Shown in pieces: positions 38,860 through 51,304 of a DNA stretch of 62,000 bases. The DNA comes from Chiloscyllium plagiosum. Its lineage: Eukaryota. The position numbers were made by a program, and so were the translations under genes. Below the pieces are notes generated by a model. That model searched no databases. It was not told the DNA's origin and saw nothing but the letters and a program-made list of their open reading frames with translations. Numbering within the stretch: the first letter of the stretch is position 1; each line of letters opens with the position of its first letter. The stretch covers positions 3,425,907-3,487,906 of the forward strand of contig NC_057751.1 of assembly GCF_004010195.1 (NCBI RefSeq), given 5' to 3'.

Positions 38860-40530
38860 TGAACCCAGTTCCTCCCCATTGTCCACCCTCTGCCATTAAC
38901 CCAGTTTCTCCCCATTGACCACCCTCTGCCATTAACCCAGTTTCTCCACATTGTCCACCCTCCGCCATTAACACAGTTTCTCCCCATTATCCACCCCCCC
39001 CATTAACCCAGTTTCTCCACATTGTCCACCCCCCATTAACCACACAGTTTCTCCCCATTATCCACCCCCCCCATTAACCCAGTTTCTCCACATTGTCCAC
39101 CCTCCGCCATTAACACAGTTTCTCCCCATTATCCACCCCCCCCATTAACCCAGTTTCTCCACATTGTCCACCCTCCGCCATTAACACAGTTTCTCCCCAT
39201 TATCCACCCCCCCCATTAACCCAGTTTCTCCACATTGTCCACCCTCCGCCATTAACACAGTTTCTCCCCATTATCCACCCCCCCCATTAACCCAGTTTCT
39301 CCACATTGTCCACCCTCCGCCATTAACACAGTTTCTCCCCATTATCCACCCCCCCCATTAACCCAGTTTCTCCACATTGTCCACCCCCCATTAACCCAGT
39401 TTCTCCCCATTGACCACCCTCTGCCATTAACCCAGTTTCTCCACATTGTCCACCCTCCGCCATTAACACAGTTTCTCCCCATTATCCACCCCCCCCATTA
39501 ACCCAGTTTCTCCACATTGTCCACCCCCCATTAACCCAGTTTCTCCCCATTGACCACCCTCTGCCATTAACCCAGTTTCTCCACATTGTCCACCCTCCGC
39601 CATTAACACAGTTTCTCCCCATTATCCACCCCCCCCATTAACCCAGTTTCTCCACATTGTCCACCCCCCATTAACCCAGTTTCTCCCCATTGACCACCCT
39701 CTGCCATTAACCCAGTTTCTCCACATTGTCCACCCTCCGCCATTAACACAGTTTCTCCCCATTATCCACCCCCCCCATTAACCCAGTTTCTCCACATTGT
39801 CCACCCCCCATTAACCCAGTTTCTCCCCATTGACCACCCTCTGCCATTAACCCAGTTTCTCCACATTGTCCACCCTCCGCCATTAACACAGTTTCTCCCC
39901 ATTATCCACCCCCCCCATTAACCCAGTTTCTCCACATTGTCCACCCCCCATTAACCCAGTTTCTCCCCATTGACCACCCTCTGCCATTAACCCAGTTTCT
40001 CCACATTGTCCACCCTCCGCCATTAACACAGTTTCTCCCCATTATCCACCCCCCCCATTAACCCAGTTTCTCCACATTGTCCACCCCCCATTAACCCAGT
40101 TTCTCCCCATTGACCACCCTCTGCCATTAACCCAGTTTCTCCACATTGTCCACCCTCCGCCATTAACACAGTTTCTCCCCATTATCCACCCCCCCCATTA
40201 ACCCAGTTTCTCCACATTGTCCACCCCCCATTAACCCAGTTTCTCCCCATTGACCACCCTCTGCCATTAACCCAGTTTCTCCACATTGTCCACCCTCCGC
40301 CATTAACACAGTTTCTCCCCATTATCCACCCCCCCCATTAACCCAGTTTCTCCACATTGTCCACCCCCCATTAACCCAGTTTCTCCCCATTGACCACCCT
40401 CTGCCATTAACCCAGTTTCTCCACATTGTCCACCCTCCCCAGTTTCTCTCCATTGTCCACCCTCCACCATTAACCCAGTTTCTCCACATTATCCACCCCT
40501 CCATTTACCCAGTTTCTCCCCATTCCCTTT
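38860..40530. repeat. C-rich minisatellite of 33-36-bp monomers with 71-bp and 140-bp higher-order periods
   Basis: ccattaacccagtttctccacattgtccaccc monomers; the rows at 39361, 39781 and 40201 are identical (3 x 140). Confidence 0.97.
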
Positions 40531-40717
40531 CCCCACTATTAATCTAGTCTGTCCTTCTGGAGCAGTTTATCTCTATAAGTGTGGTTGTGTTTCTCCATTG
40601 CAGACCAGACTAGGCTGTGTTTTCATGATATCTTGCATCTGTTCGGCAGTAATCAGTGTCAAGACTGACTAAGATCTACTTGAGACTGTTGTCACCAGTG
40701 AAGCAAAGAAATTTGAC

Positions 40718-40902
40718 ATCATAGAATCCTAACAGTATGGAAGCAGACCAATCAGCCCATCAAGTCCACGTGGACCCTCCGAAGAGCATCCCACACAGAC
40801 CCGGAGCATGTGCCAACTTCACACAGACAGTGGCCCAAGGCTGGCATTGAACACAGACCCATGGCACTGTGAGGCAGCAGTGCTAACCACTGAGCCACCG
40901 TG
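40718..40902 (-). mobile_element. Internally deleted HE1-like SINE
   Basis: Head and tail present, middle missing. Confidence 0.8.
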
Positions 40903-41022
40903 CATCATTTACAAGAGAAATTAGAGGAAGCTGATTTATATAGGGGTATCTCTCTTCTCTCTGTGTCTTTGTACAATTCACACTAACCTTCATGGGACTT
41001 GCATTTTGCAGGGGAACAGCTA

Positions 41023-41621
41023 CCGCAACAGGCATCAGTGATGTTGTTCAGTGCATGGCATGACTGATGAATGCTGCAGGGAATGTGTTCTCGTCTGTCA
41101 TACTTGTTAACCAAGTCAAAACTGTCATGCTGGAAAAGCACAGCCAGTCAGGCAGCATCCGAGAAGCAGGAGAGTCGACGTTTTGGGCTTAACCCCTTCA
41201 TTAGAAATGTGAAGTGTTTACATCTGAAACGTTGACTCTCCTGCTCCTTGGATGCTGCCTGACTGGCTGTGCTTTTCCAGCACCTCACTTTTTCACTCTG
41301 ATCTCCAGCATCTGCAGTCCTCGTTTTCTCCTTGTTAACAGAGATGGATCGTAGGCTACCATATTTGGAATGATTCCTTTCAGTCACCAGCAATACTCTC
41401 TGGGACTGATACTCAGCTAATCTCCGGGTTCTGCCACTGAAGCCAAGTGGACACAGACATGGTACACATTTGTGAACTTCACTTTCAGATGAATTCCAGG
41501 CAGGTCAGCTGACCACCAGGGGTCAGCCAAGATCACTGTTAGTTCCATCCCACTCCTTTCCTCCATCCTAGCCCTTTGTGATCAGGACTGGGGCCTATCT
41601 TGAATATGTGTCGCTCTGTTT
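41023..41621 (-). pseudogene. Antisense gene candidate exon, frameshifted and interrupted by a Penelope hairpin
   Basis: tctttttttggttcag| acceptor; ...KYGSLRSISVNK joins YDRREHIPCSIHQSCHALNNITDACC in frame across the insertion; GCG|gtagct donor. Confidence 0.5.
41112..41330. mobile_element. Penelope-derived hairpin element with a 9-bp TSD
   Basis: Inverted arms; cttgttaac at 41103-41111 and 41331-41339. Confidence 0.85.
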
Positions 41622-42931
41622 CTGAACCAAAAAAAAGACCAAAAGAAAGGTTTTATTTGCTGCTGGGCACTTTTCTGTGACCAAATTCATGATAATTCCA
41701 ATTATATATTGGTTGCCTTGAACCTGAGTTTTTATTTCTGTAATTCACGGTTATTGTGGTGCTTGACCTTGACTTTTGGAAAATTTCTCACCAGTTCTCA
41801 AGTGAGATAGTGTAGTTTCCCTCATGAAAAGGTTGTCAGAAATTGGAGTGCAGGGACGTGTGTGAATGTAGACCTGGAGGGGATCCAGTCACATTGTTGA
41901 GGGATTTGAAAGCTGGGTTTCTGGGAGTGTCTGTGAGGATGGCACGAGCCAGAATATTGAACGAGTTGGAATTCGTTACTCTTAAGGAGTTTCGCAAAGA
42001 GAAAGGCAGGTTTGATTTCAAGTTGAAGGAAAGGATTCCGCAGCAGAGGGGAGGAAGTCAGTATGGTGCTGGACATGCATTTGCAGTGAGAAGCAGCAGG
42101 ATACATGAACAGATTGATCCAGGCAGCATGATGAATGGGAGTCCTGATAGAACTGAAGGTTTCACACCTTGAAGAGATTGAAGATTGATAAGGCCAGGTG
42201 TTGGTGTGGACAGAAGTCAGTAGCTTTTGCCAACATGAGCTGAAGTGGGTTGCCGCTGACCCAACCTTTCCAGTTTGAGAATCGGGGGCAGGGAGTTGAG
42301 TGCTGTGGCAGATAGAAGAGATCACACCACACGTGGAAACGTTATCACAGAAGGAATGGTGAAGAAATCATAAAGGTGAGGAGCAGGAACTCTTAAGTAG
42401 GAGTGAGTGAACACTTACAATGTGGTCAGCTATTGGAAGTGTCACTGAACACCAGATAAGAATGTGGAAACAGGTCCACCATGGAGGAAATCTGCAGGCA
42501 GGAAAGGGGATTAGCAAGCAGTACCGATGAAGGTCAGTGGTCTCAGGGCTGTCTGTACAGCAGGAAGCTGCTAGGGGAGCTGCAAACCAGCAGAGATGAA
42601 GACACATTGTAGGGCAGTGAAGTGATGGCGATGAGTGTGATATGATTGGTGAATGTGTTGTGGACTTCTCACTCTGATAATTTGACTCAATTGCAATGTC
42701 AAGTCTTGAGTTTGTCATGTGTCTGCATTTGAAAGAGACTTGAGGGTCGTGTGAGCTCTGTCACTGGAGCTGGTTAATTTTATTGGTTGACATGAAACCA
42801 TTTAGTTTGAACCTTGTGAAACAAAATGAAATGCAGTTTTCTTGATTAGGTCTTCATTTCCACAGTGCTGTTTAAAGAAGCCCTTTAACCAAGTGATGCT
42901 AATTCAGTGATGACTCAGTGTGACAGAGAGT

Positions 42932-43827
42932 CTTTTAATAAATATTTTGATTAAAAACATTTTCAACTCTTTCACAAAAACAACCATACATTTAAAACAA
43001 AACAAAACGGTAGAGGTAGTCCAACAGTATCGTACCATAAGACAGGTCGAAGATCCTTTATTTGTACATCCAAAAACCAAAACGCACCGAAATTCAAAAG
43101 ATTTTTGTGAAGTTTTTTCTCATTAACAAGGTTGTTTGGCGTGCAAACAGTTAATCCAAATCGACACCACTTGATGCATGTTACTCGGATGCGACGTGGG
43201 GGGCGCGTGGCAAAGCATATTCTATTTTAGAAGTCTGTTCCTCCAGTAAGACTTTCAAAAATTTCACCTTTAAACTCTCACTATTCTGAAAACCGAAAAA
43301 TTCCAAACAAACAGCTGGTCCCGAGCATTTTGGATAAAGGATCTTCCACCTGTATTATTAATAATAAACGACCTACTGCTCTACCAGAACAAATGTATCT
43401 TCTTAAACTGAACTGCAATCAAATTAAATTAAAGTTACATTAAGCTCAATTCAAATGAACTTCAGTTACATCACATTTCTTTGTTCTCTTTCACTCACCA
43501 TACCTCCCTGGGAGCAGCAGTCATTTTACCTGTATTTTTTCCAGCCTCCCCCTCCACGGGCCATCCAAACTAACTCCCACAGCTATATCACATCCCTGAT
43601 TAATGTCGCCGATAAGTCTGCATCTATACAATTTACAAAGGGACACCGTGTCTTCTAAAACTGCTCTGTTTTGTGCACCATATTTGTAAGGTAGTCTTGG
43701 GGGAGTCGCTGCATCAGCAGCCTGCACCATCCCATAAGACCTGGGGACCTTTCCAACATCCAACTTATTAAAATGTTCTTCCTCACACAGTGCATAAGAA
43801 TGTTACGCAGTCTCTTCCCAGAGAGGG
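42932..43827 (-). mobile_element. L1-clade LINE 3' end with an 8-bp TSD
   Basis: VRKNILISWMLERSPGLMGWCRLL...LPQDYLT resembles a fish/amphibian L1 ORF2 C-terminus; AT-rich 3' end; cagagagt at 42924-42931 and 43828-43835. Confidence 0.72.
43043..43352. mobile_element. Tc1/mariner (Tigger/pogo-like) MITE
   Basis: TIR CAGGTCGAAGATCCTTTAT and its reverse complement ATAAAGGATCTTCCACCTG (1 mismatch); followed by TA; right end resembles Tigger4/MER46. Confidence 0.85.
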
Positions 43828-44231
43828 CAGAGAGTGGTTTTTTAACAGGAGGAGGAGATTGAGCATCTTTGTTCTCCTCCCCTGAACCAATCAAACTGTT
43901 GCTGCCTGCAATGTCCTGTTGGCTGGAACTGGAGTGTGGAATGGAAGTTTCAAAAGCAGACATTGGAACAGTGGTTCTGCTGACATCTTTGGAGGCCTCA
44001 ACAAGACCCTGGCTTGCTGACCTCTTGCCTCCAGCTTCTATGTACACAGACCTTTCTGCTAAATCTTCGCAACGTCCATAAACATCGGTCTTCCAACCTT
44101 CTCACAGGGCTCATTGCAAAACTCACTTTTCGATGCTATGAACTCAGCCTGATGCTTGTGGGCGGGCTGACTGGCAGTTTACAGCACAACGATCTCTCCG
44201 TCTGGGAGATGGTGGAGTCACATGGGGATGG

Positions 44232-44560
44232 AACACTGGCTCAGTGGTTAGCACTGCTGTCTCAGTGCACCATGGACCTGGATTCGATATCACCTTCGGA
44301 CCACTGTCTGCATGGAGTTTGCACATTCTCCCTGTGTCTGTGTGGGTTTCCTCCCCCAGTGCAAAGATGTGCAGGCTAGGGTGGATTGCCCACGTTATAT
44401 TGCCCACAGTGTCCAGGGATGTGCAGGCTAGATGGGTTAAGCATGGGAAATGCAGGGTTACAGGGATAGAGTTGGGGGTCTGACTGAGATGCTGCTTGGA
44501 GTATCATTGCAGATTTGATGGGACGAATAGCCTCCTTCCACACTGCAGGGATTCTATGAA
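44232..44560 (+). mobile_element. HE1-like SINE
   Basis: Head, core and tail present. Confidence 0.88.
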
Positions 44561-45209
44561 TCTGTATTTAAACAGTTGTTATCAGACCAGGAGCTCAACA
44601 TGGCGTGGAGTCTTTGTAAATAAAATTGCTCTCTTTTTTCAAGCCATGTTCAAAATCAATGTCCAATGAAAATCTGAGTGTGAGAAAACTTAGCTCCAGT
44701 AAACATTTCAGTGCTGAATCCACACTGGTTGCGACCAGTCACATTGACTTCTTGGAGTTCTGCTGTTATTCATGCACTGACTGTGCTGTGTGACGGGACG
44801 AGCTGCTCTGTGTGTTGGTTGTCACTGGGTAAGGCACTGGCCTTTGAGTCAAAAGGTTGTGGGTTTATCCAGGGAGTTTGGAATCCAAGGCCTCAGCAGT
44901 TCCCTCAGATTGGTCCTGGTGTCCAGGGGGGCCAGGTTTCATTTCAGTTGTTTTCATTGATTTATTGTCAGATGTTCTGAAGTAAAGTGAAAAGCTTTGT
45001 TTATGAGTGGTGCAGGCAGGTCATAGTAAGCAGCAACACGCACAGCAGAGGGTGATAAAAATAAACACTTAGACAGAGGCAAACAGCTTATGTCGCACAG
45101 AGTGTGCATTAGGCAAGATCAACATTAGCAAGGTTGCCATTATTTGAAGTTAGAGAGTCCATTCATCAGTCTAATAACGGCAGGGATGATGTTGGAAGCC
45201 TTTCCGCAG

Positions 45210-45777
45210 TGGTATGGACCAGGCCAGACCCCTTCAAAACATTTCAGGAAAGTAGCCCAACCTTTCCAGTTGTTTTAAGCAGGTGTAGAGTGGATATTCC
45301 TGGAGTAATGCAGCTGGCCCAACCATTCAATTTTAAACAAAACTGAATGTATTTACACATGAACAAAAGAAAAATGCATTTCAAGTCACAACCTATTTGA
45401 AGACCCAGTTGACTCTATTGCAATTTAATGATGCTGTTCCAAAGATTTGCAACATACTGACCAACAGCCTCTTGGCAAAAAAGATCAAATCAAATGCAGG
45501 TCCTTACAAGAGAGATGTCAGAGAGAGAGAGGATCAGCATGGAGCTGTTTCTTTGACCAACAGCCTCAAATAGACTGCTTGCTCAAACCAAATCAAATCA
45601 AACCCTGATCTGGCAGAACAGGCCATTCCCCTTTCATCGTACAAGTGTTTTAAAAGACTTGGAAGCATCCTCAAGTAGATATTTCCAGACATCTAGGAGC
45701 CTCTGCCTTTACAACCCTTCTGGGAAAAAAACACCCAGGACAGCATAACCTTGTTAAAGGAGCAGCGTTGTCTCACA
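45210..45777 (-). mobile_element. Solo LTR, same family as 4-618
   Basis: Colinear similarity from tatggaccaggccaga to cataaccttgttaaaggag. Confidence 0.72.
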
Positions 45778-46012
45778 CAGCAATGACATTCTGGTTCACT
45801 TGGACGTCGCTGTTTGTGGGAGCTTACTGTGCGAAAACCAACTGCTGTCTTTGCTGCATTTCAGTGCGGACTATGCCTGGAAAATGTCTGAGTTTTGTGC
45901 ACTTTGAGATGTCTCCATGTTGTGATAGTTGTGAGTTGTGAGTCCTGCCTTCTGCCTGAGTGTGGAAGGGGTACACTGAGGTTGTTCAAGCAGGTCTGCA
46001 ATCACTGCACGA

Positions 46013-46472
46013 CACAGAAAAGATTTACAAGGATGTTGCCAGGGTTGGAAGATCTGAGCTACAGGGAGAGGCTGAACAGGCTGGGGCTGTTTTCCCTGGA
46101 GCATCGGAGGCTGAGGGGTGACCTTATAGAGGTTTATAAAATTATGAGGGGCATGGATAGCATAAATAGACAAAGTCTTTTCCCTGGGGTTGGGGATTCC
46201 AGAACTAGAAGGCATTGGTTTAGGGTGAGAGGGAAAGATATAAAACAGACCAAAGGAGCAACTTTTTCACACAGAGGGTGGTATGTGTATGGAATGAGCT
46301 GCCAGAGGAAGTGGTGGAGGCTGGTACAATTGCAGCATTTAAGAGGCATTTGGATGGGTATATGAATAGGAAGGGTTTGGAGGGATATGGGCTGGGTGCT
46401 GGCAGGTGGGACTAGATTGGGTTGGGATATCTGGTCGGCATGGACGGGTTGGACCGAAGGGTCTCTATGACA
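46013..46472 (+). mobile_element. Young CR1 3' end
   Basis: QKRFTRMLPGLEDLSYRERLNRLGLFSLE...; same family as 4500-5910. Confidence 0.95.
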
Positions 46473-47018
46473 CATGAAAGGAATTTACCCCATGACAGTG
46501 AGAGACACCTGACTATTGTCTTCAAAACTGAATTGTATTTCTGGCTGTCAAACCTTTTCGTTGTATCAACGTAAATCCATCCAGACGGCTGCAACACTGT
46601 CATGCCTGAAATGTCAATTCTCCTGCTTCTTGGATGCTGCCTGACCTGCTGTACTTTTGCAGTGCCACACGTTTTGACTCTGATCTCCAGCATCTGCAGT
46701 CCTAACTTTCTCCCTGTTTTGGGTAGAGCAAAGTGGGGAGCAGTCATTGGCTAAGGGCACTCAGGACTGTGTCAGCCATTGAAATGAATTAGCCCGAGGA
46801 CTGCTATGAAAGGTCATAGAGCCAAACACAGCCAGGAGTAGGCCATCCCTATGAGGAATCTAAACTCTAAATCTCAATGTTCCAAACATCGTCTTGCTCA
46901 CAGAAGGAACAAGTTGTGCTTAACGTATTGTGGCAATGAGTTCTGAGACTGAGAGAGGTTTCTGAAGAACACCATGTGTTATTTGCTGACAGGCAAATCC
47001 TCTTGACTTCCCCATGCT

Positions 47019-47865
47019 TCATAAACTCGCACTTTGTTCTTCAGTTGCTGTTAAGAACCTTTCATTTTCAATTTCAAGCCATGCATTATTATCCTGTGGG
47101 TCTGTCCTGCTCCTGTGTTCCTTCAAACATCTTCTGTTCTGTTCCTTCAAAATGTGCCTGTTCAACCTTGTTGTCTTTTCTTGAGCCAATGATCTTCCCT
47201 TCTTGGCCATCCTGACAACATGCATTCATGGATGGAGATGTTGCTGCCCAGGGCAGCATTCATTACCCTGTCCCTAGTTGCCCCTTGTGAAGGTGGGGGT
47301 GAGCTGCCTTCTTGAACCACTGCAGCCCATGTGCTGTGGGTTGACCCACAATGCCCTTAGGGAGGGAATTCCAGGATTTTGACCCAGCGACAGTGAAGGA
47401 ACGGCGATATATTTCCAAGTCAGGATGGTGACTGGTTCAGAGGGGAACGTTCAGGGGGTGGTGTTCCCACGCTGTCATTGACTGTTGTAAATGGTAAATG
47501 GAAGGTGCGGAATGTTAGTCAATTCTCCATGTACCCCATGTGTCTGTTGCCCTCATCCGAGTAGCTGGGAGAAGAGGCAGGTTTGGAAGGTATGAATGAA
47601 GGAGCTTTGGTGAATTTCTGCAGTGCTTTTTGTAGATGGTATACCCTGCTGCCTCTGAGCATTGATGTGGAATCCCTTTCTCGTTTGGCAATTTCAACTT
47701 GTTGTCCTGATTGCCAGATATTTTATTTCACCCAGGACACCTTCAGTAAAGCGCAAACATGTGGCAAAGTTGTTGTTGTGTTGTCTTCTTCAATCTCAAC
47801 CCAGGAACAGAGCATTTCCTTGAAACTACGTTTTTCACTGTGCCAGGACAGCATTTGGCGACTTC
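47019..47865 (-). pseudogene. Antisense gene large exon with death-fold-like N-part, split by a LINE 3' fragment (about 47225-47660); may extend further toward 42.5 kb
   Basis: ctgac...ccatcttcaccag|; SRQMLSWHSEKRSFKEMLCSWVEIEEDNTTTTLPHVCALLK; excising the LINE joins ...RDSTSM to HVVRMAKKG... in frame. Confidence 0.68.
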
Positions 47866-47897
47866 CTGGTGAAGATGGATTGGTCAGTAAGGAACAA

Positions 47898-48111
47898 GAG
47901 CTGAAAATGTGTTACTGGAAAAGCGCAGCAGGTCAGGCAGCATCCAAGGAACAGGAGAATCAACGTTTCGGGCATAAGCCCTTCTTCAGGAAAGGCTTAT
48001 GCCCAAAACGTCGATTCCCCTGTTCCTTGGATGCTGCCTGACCTGCTGCACTTTTCCAGCAACACATTTTCAGCTCTGATCTCCAGCATCTGCAGCCCTC
48101 ACTTTCTCCTC
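47898..48111. mobile_element. Penelope-derived hairpin element with a 13-bp TSD
   Basis: Near-perfect inverted arms; cagtaaggaacaa (47885-47897) and cagtcaggaacaa (48112-48124). Confidence 0.9.
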
Positions 48112-48650
48112 CAGTCAGGAACAACTCTGATACAAATGGGGGGTGCGCTGAATGCAGCGAGATCCATTGGTACAGAATAGTGATCTGGTTTACATTTCAC
48201 AAGACACACACTCTTGTGAATATAATTGTGTCCAAACCAATTCAAGGGTTCACTCAGCTGGTTCCTGGGATGAACAAGTTAGCCAGTGCTTCTATTTAAA
48301 TAGAACCACTCACTAATTTAAAAGGGGGCGATAAAGCCAGACCCCAAATGCATGTGTGTATCTAATTGCCAATCACCTTGAGGAAATGTCTTTTCCCCTG
48401 CTTGTGGCACGATGGAATTCTCTCTGCCACACAGCAGCAGAGACTCGCTTGTTGAATTGATTGAAGATTCCTTGAGACAGCTTTGTGAATGATAAGGGAG
48501 TCAAGGTGGAAGATAGGAAAATGGTATTGAAAGCAGAACCTGATCACCCATGTTCTTATCTAATGGTGAGCATACCCGAGGGTCTGAACAGTCCCTAATT
48601 CTTGTGTTTGTAATTGCACTTAATACAGTGGCCTGTGAGCATTTGCTTAC

Positions 48651-48774
48651 CATCATGTTGACAGAGTCACCTTGATCTTGCTGACTTGAACAATGTTGAA
48701 ATGTTTCCCACATTCCTGACACAGTTGGTCTTCAAATAATAGCACAGGTTGAGATCCCAGTATTGTGGTGGTGA
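48651..48774 (-). pseudogene. Antisense gene exon (124 bp, likely a 1-nt frameshift near its end)
   Basis: ctaac...gctgtgcag|...ATG|gtaagc; TTTILGSQPVLLFEDQLCQECGKHFNIVQVSKIKVTL. Confidence 0.65.
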
Positions 48775-49249
48775 CTGCACAGCTTTTTGGAGTTAGACAT
48801 GGAATAAAAGCTGTTTGTGTTTTTGACTGACTGACTGGAACGACTCATTCCTCATCAGAATTTGTTTGCCAATGCAGTCACATATTGATTTATCAATGCT
48901 GCCTCTCCAGCAAATGTCAAATAACTGTTAGTTTCAAGAAACCTGCAACTTTTACCTCTTTACCCCCCAAAATGATAGAGGATAATGCTTTCTGCATCGA
49001 ATTATTTTGGTGCATTGCTAGTCTGAAGATGCACAAGTATAAAATACTGCTTTGGAAACATCATTAACATTGAGGAAGCAAATTTCTGAATTTAATCTTG
49101 GTCGAAGACCATGCTAACTTATATATCTCCCAAATGCTGATGTGCCTGGTGAAGGGAATCCTGAGAGATGTGACTCTTTTTGGATTTGATTGTGATAAAC
49201 CTATTGATGTTTCAATGAGTTTTTGTGCTACCTTGTAATGACCATGTAC

Positions 49250-49474
49250 CTTGCACTGGCTCCTTCTTCCCCTCAACCATCTGTGGTTGAGCTTTCCCCT
49301 CCAGATTTCAGTTAGCATCATCATCAGCTTTGTGAACTGTTTGATTGAAGATGTTAGTTTCTGCTTCATGGCTGCCTCCCAGCTCCTGCCTGTGGATGGT
49401 TGGGCTATTTGAGACCAGCACCCTGTCAGGGCAATCTCCATTTCGGTTTCCATTTGAATCCCTTTAGAGCTTAA
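49250..49474 (-). pseudogene. Antisense gene exon (225 bp)
   Basis: ttgctttgcag|...AAG|gtacat; the phase-1 frame (KL*RDSNGNRNGDCPDRV...DAN*NLEGKAQPQMVEGKKEPVQ) has 2 stops, while the phase-0 frame is open. Confidence 0.65.
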
Positions 49475-51304
49475 CTGCAAAGCAACTTATGAGTCTGCGT
49501 TTGCCTATCTTGCAGAGAAGATATTATTTGCTGGTTTTTCCCCTAAGCGGAGGATGTTTATTTAACTGATCAGTCGATTGAAAGCACTTTCTGTGGAGCA
49601 GATTGCTTTGATGTCTGATGACTGTTATGTGGTTGAACCTTGTGGTATCTTTACTCTGAGACCTTATTGTCAGCGCTCAGCATCTTTTCGGCTGGGATTT
49701 CGAACATTTTGCTATTTCTCAATACTGCCTCTCTGTTTTGCTATCTCCTTCACCTGTTGGTGAGCCACAGAAAGGTGGCATGCAGTGAATGGGTGTTCAA
49801 AGAGCTGTGATTTCCTCCATCTGATCCTTTCTGGGAGGATCTGAGAGGAGCTCCCAGTTTCAAACTGCCTACACCCAGTTCCAGCGTAGGGATGTGGATG
49901 CGTGGTCCGTCAGATCAGCCATGACTCGACTGAATGGTGAGCAGGTTCGATGGGCCAAATGGCCCGCTAACTGGTCCTATTTCTTTGGGTCTTGTCATTC
50001 ATGCTTCTCCCACTCAACAGAACATGTCCTCTGCCTCAGCTCTATCAGGTCCTCTCCGGATCGGAAGTTGTGTTTTGTTTTTTTTGGTACCACTGATCAT
50101 TCGGGGATACTTATTCCAGCTGTCGTGTGTTCATCTTGGTGTATACCTGTGGCAGGGAATCTTACCTTAATGGTTTATCTCGATGGCTTGTTTATTGGGT
50201 GCAAGGCAGACTGACATAATCTGTTTTTATAAAGGTCACTCCACATCCTGTCTGGCAACTTGAAGACTGTGTTGTAAACCATCTTGATGAGTCTGGCTTG
50301 AGAATGGCTTGCTATAGATGACCCAGATTTATCTCAGATAAACACCCTGCATCGTTCCTCTCAGATTTTCATTGGATTGCAGTCTGACTCCTGCCAAATG
50401 CACTGACAACTTATATTTACATAGCGCCTTCAGCAAAGTCGTACATCTCAAGGAGCTTCCCAGGAATGTCATGGCACTGAGCCACATGACAAATTAGAGA
50501 GGATGACTTAACCCTTGTGCTAGGATTTAAGGAGCTTCTTCATCTTCAAACAAAGTGGAGAATTAAATGGAGCAAATTTCAGTTCCTGTTTTTACAGTGG
50601 AGCGGCCTCCAAGGGCTGAATGGCTTCCTCCACTTCCAATTGTATGACACTTTAGGTGCGGAAAAGACTTTGGAGTTCATCCATCGTTCTGCTTCCATGG
50701 GCTTCAGACAGAGCTGCCTGTCCTGTCACTTGTTTCTAATGTGGGCTTTCTCCTGCTTCTCGGATGCTGCCTGATCTGCTGTGTTCTTCCAGCACCATCC
50801 ACACTCTCTGCTCTGATCTCCAGCATCTGCAGTCCTCCCTTTCTCCTGTAGCTTGTTTCTGCCAGCTCAGCTGTCTGTACTGTCACCTCTGAGTGAGAAG
50901 GTAGATGAGTTCACTTCTCTATTCCTGAGTCTTTCATCCTCAGTAGCATGGTTAGCGAGGAGGCAGTGGCCCTGTGGTATATCGCTGGACTGTTAATCCA
51001 GAGATCCCGGAAATGTTCTGGGATCCGGGTTCAAATCCTCCCATGGTAGATGGTGGAATTTGAATTCACTATAAAATCTGGAATGAAGAGTCTGATGATC
51101 CATTGTCAGTTGTTGGAAATAGCCATCTGGTTCCCTGATGTCCTTCAGGAAGGAAACTGCCAGCCTCATCTGGTCTGGCCTATATGTGACTCTGTCCCCA
51201 CAGCAATGTGGTTACCTCTCAACTACCCTCTGAGTAATTAGGATTGGCCATAAATGCTGGCTGAACCAGTGACACCGATATCCTTTGAGTGAACTTTAAA
51301 AATT

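Noticed and set aside
38860..40530. CRISPR-like array (repeats of about 35 bp)
   Set aside because: No unique spacers, contiguous tandem monomers, no cas genes, vertebrate context
41822..42325. 167-aa minus ORF and overlapping 109-aa plus ORF
   Set aside because: No recognisable motif or convincing splice boundaries; left unassigned
47030..47210. Separate exon starting at ttgtcag|GATGGC
   Set aside because: Better explained as the continuation of the 47865 exon across a LINE insertion
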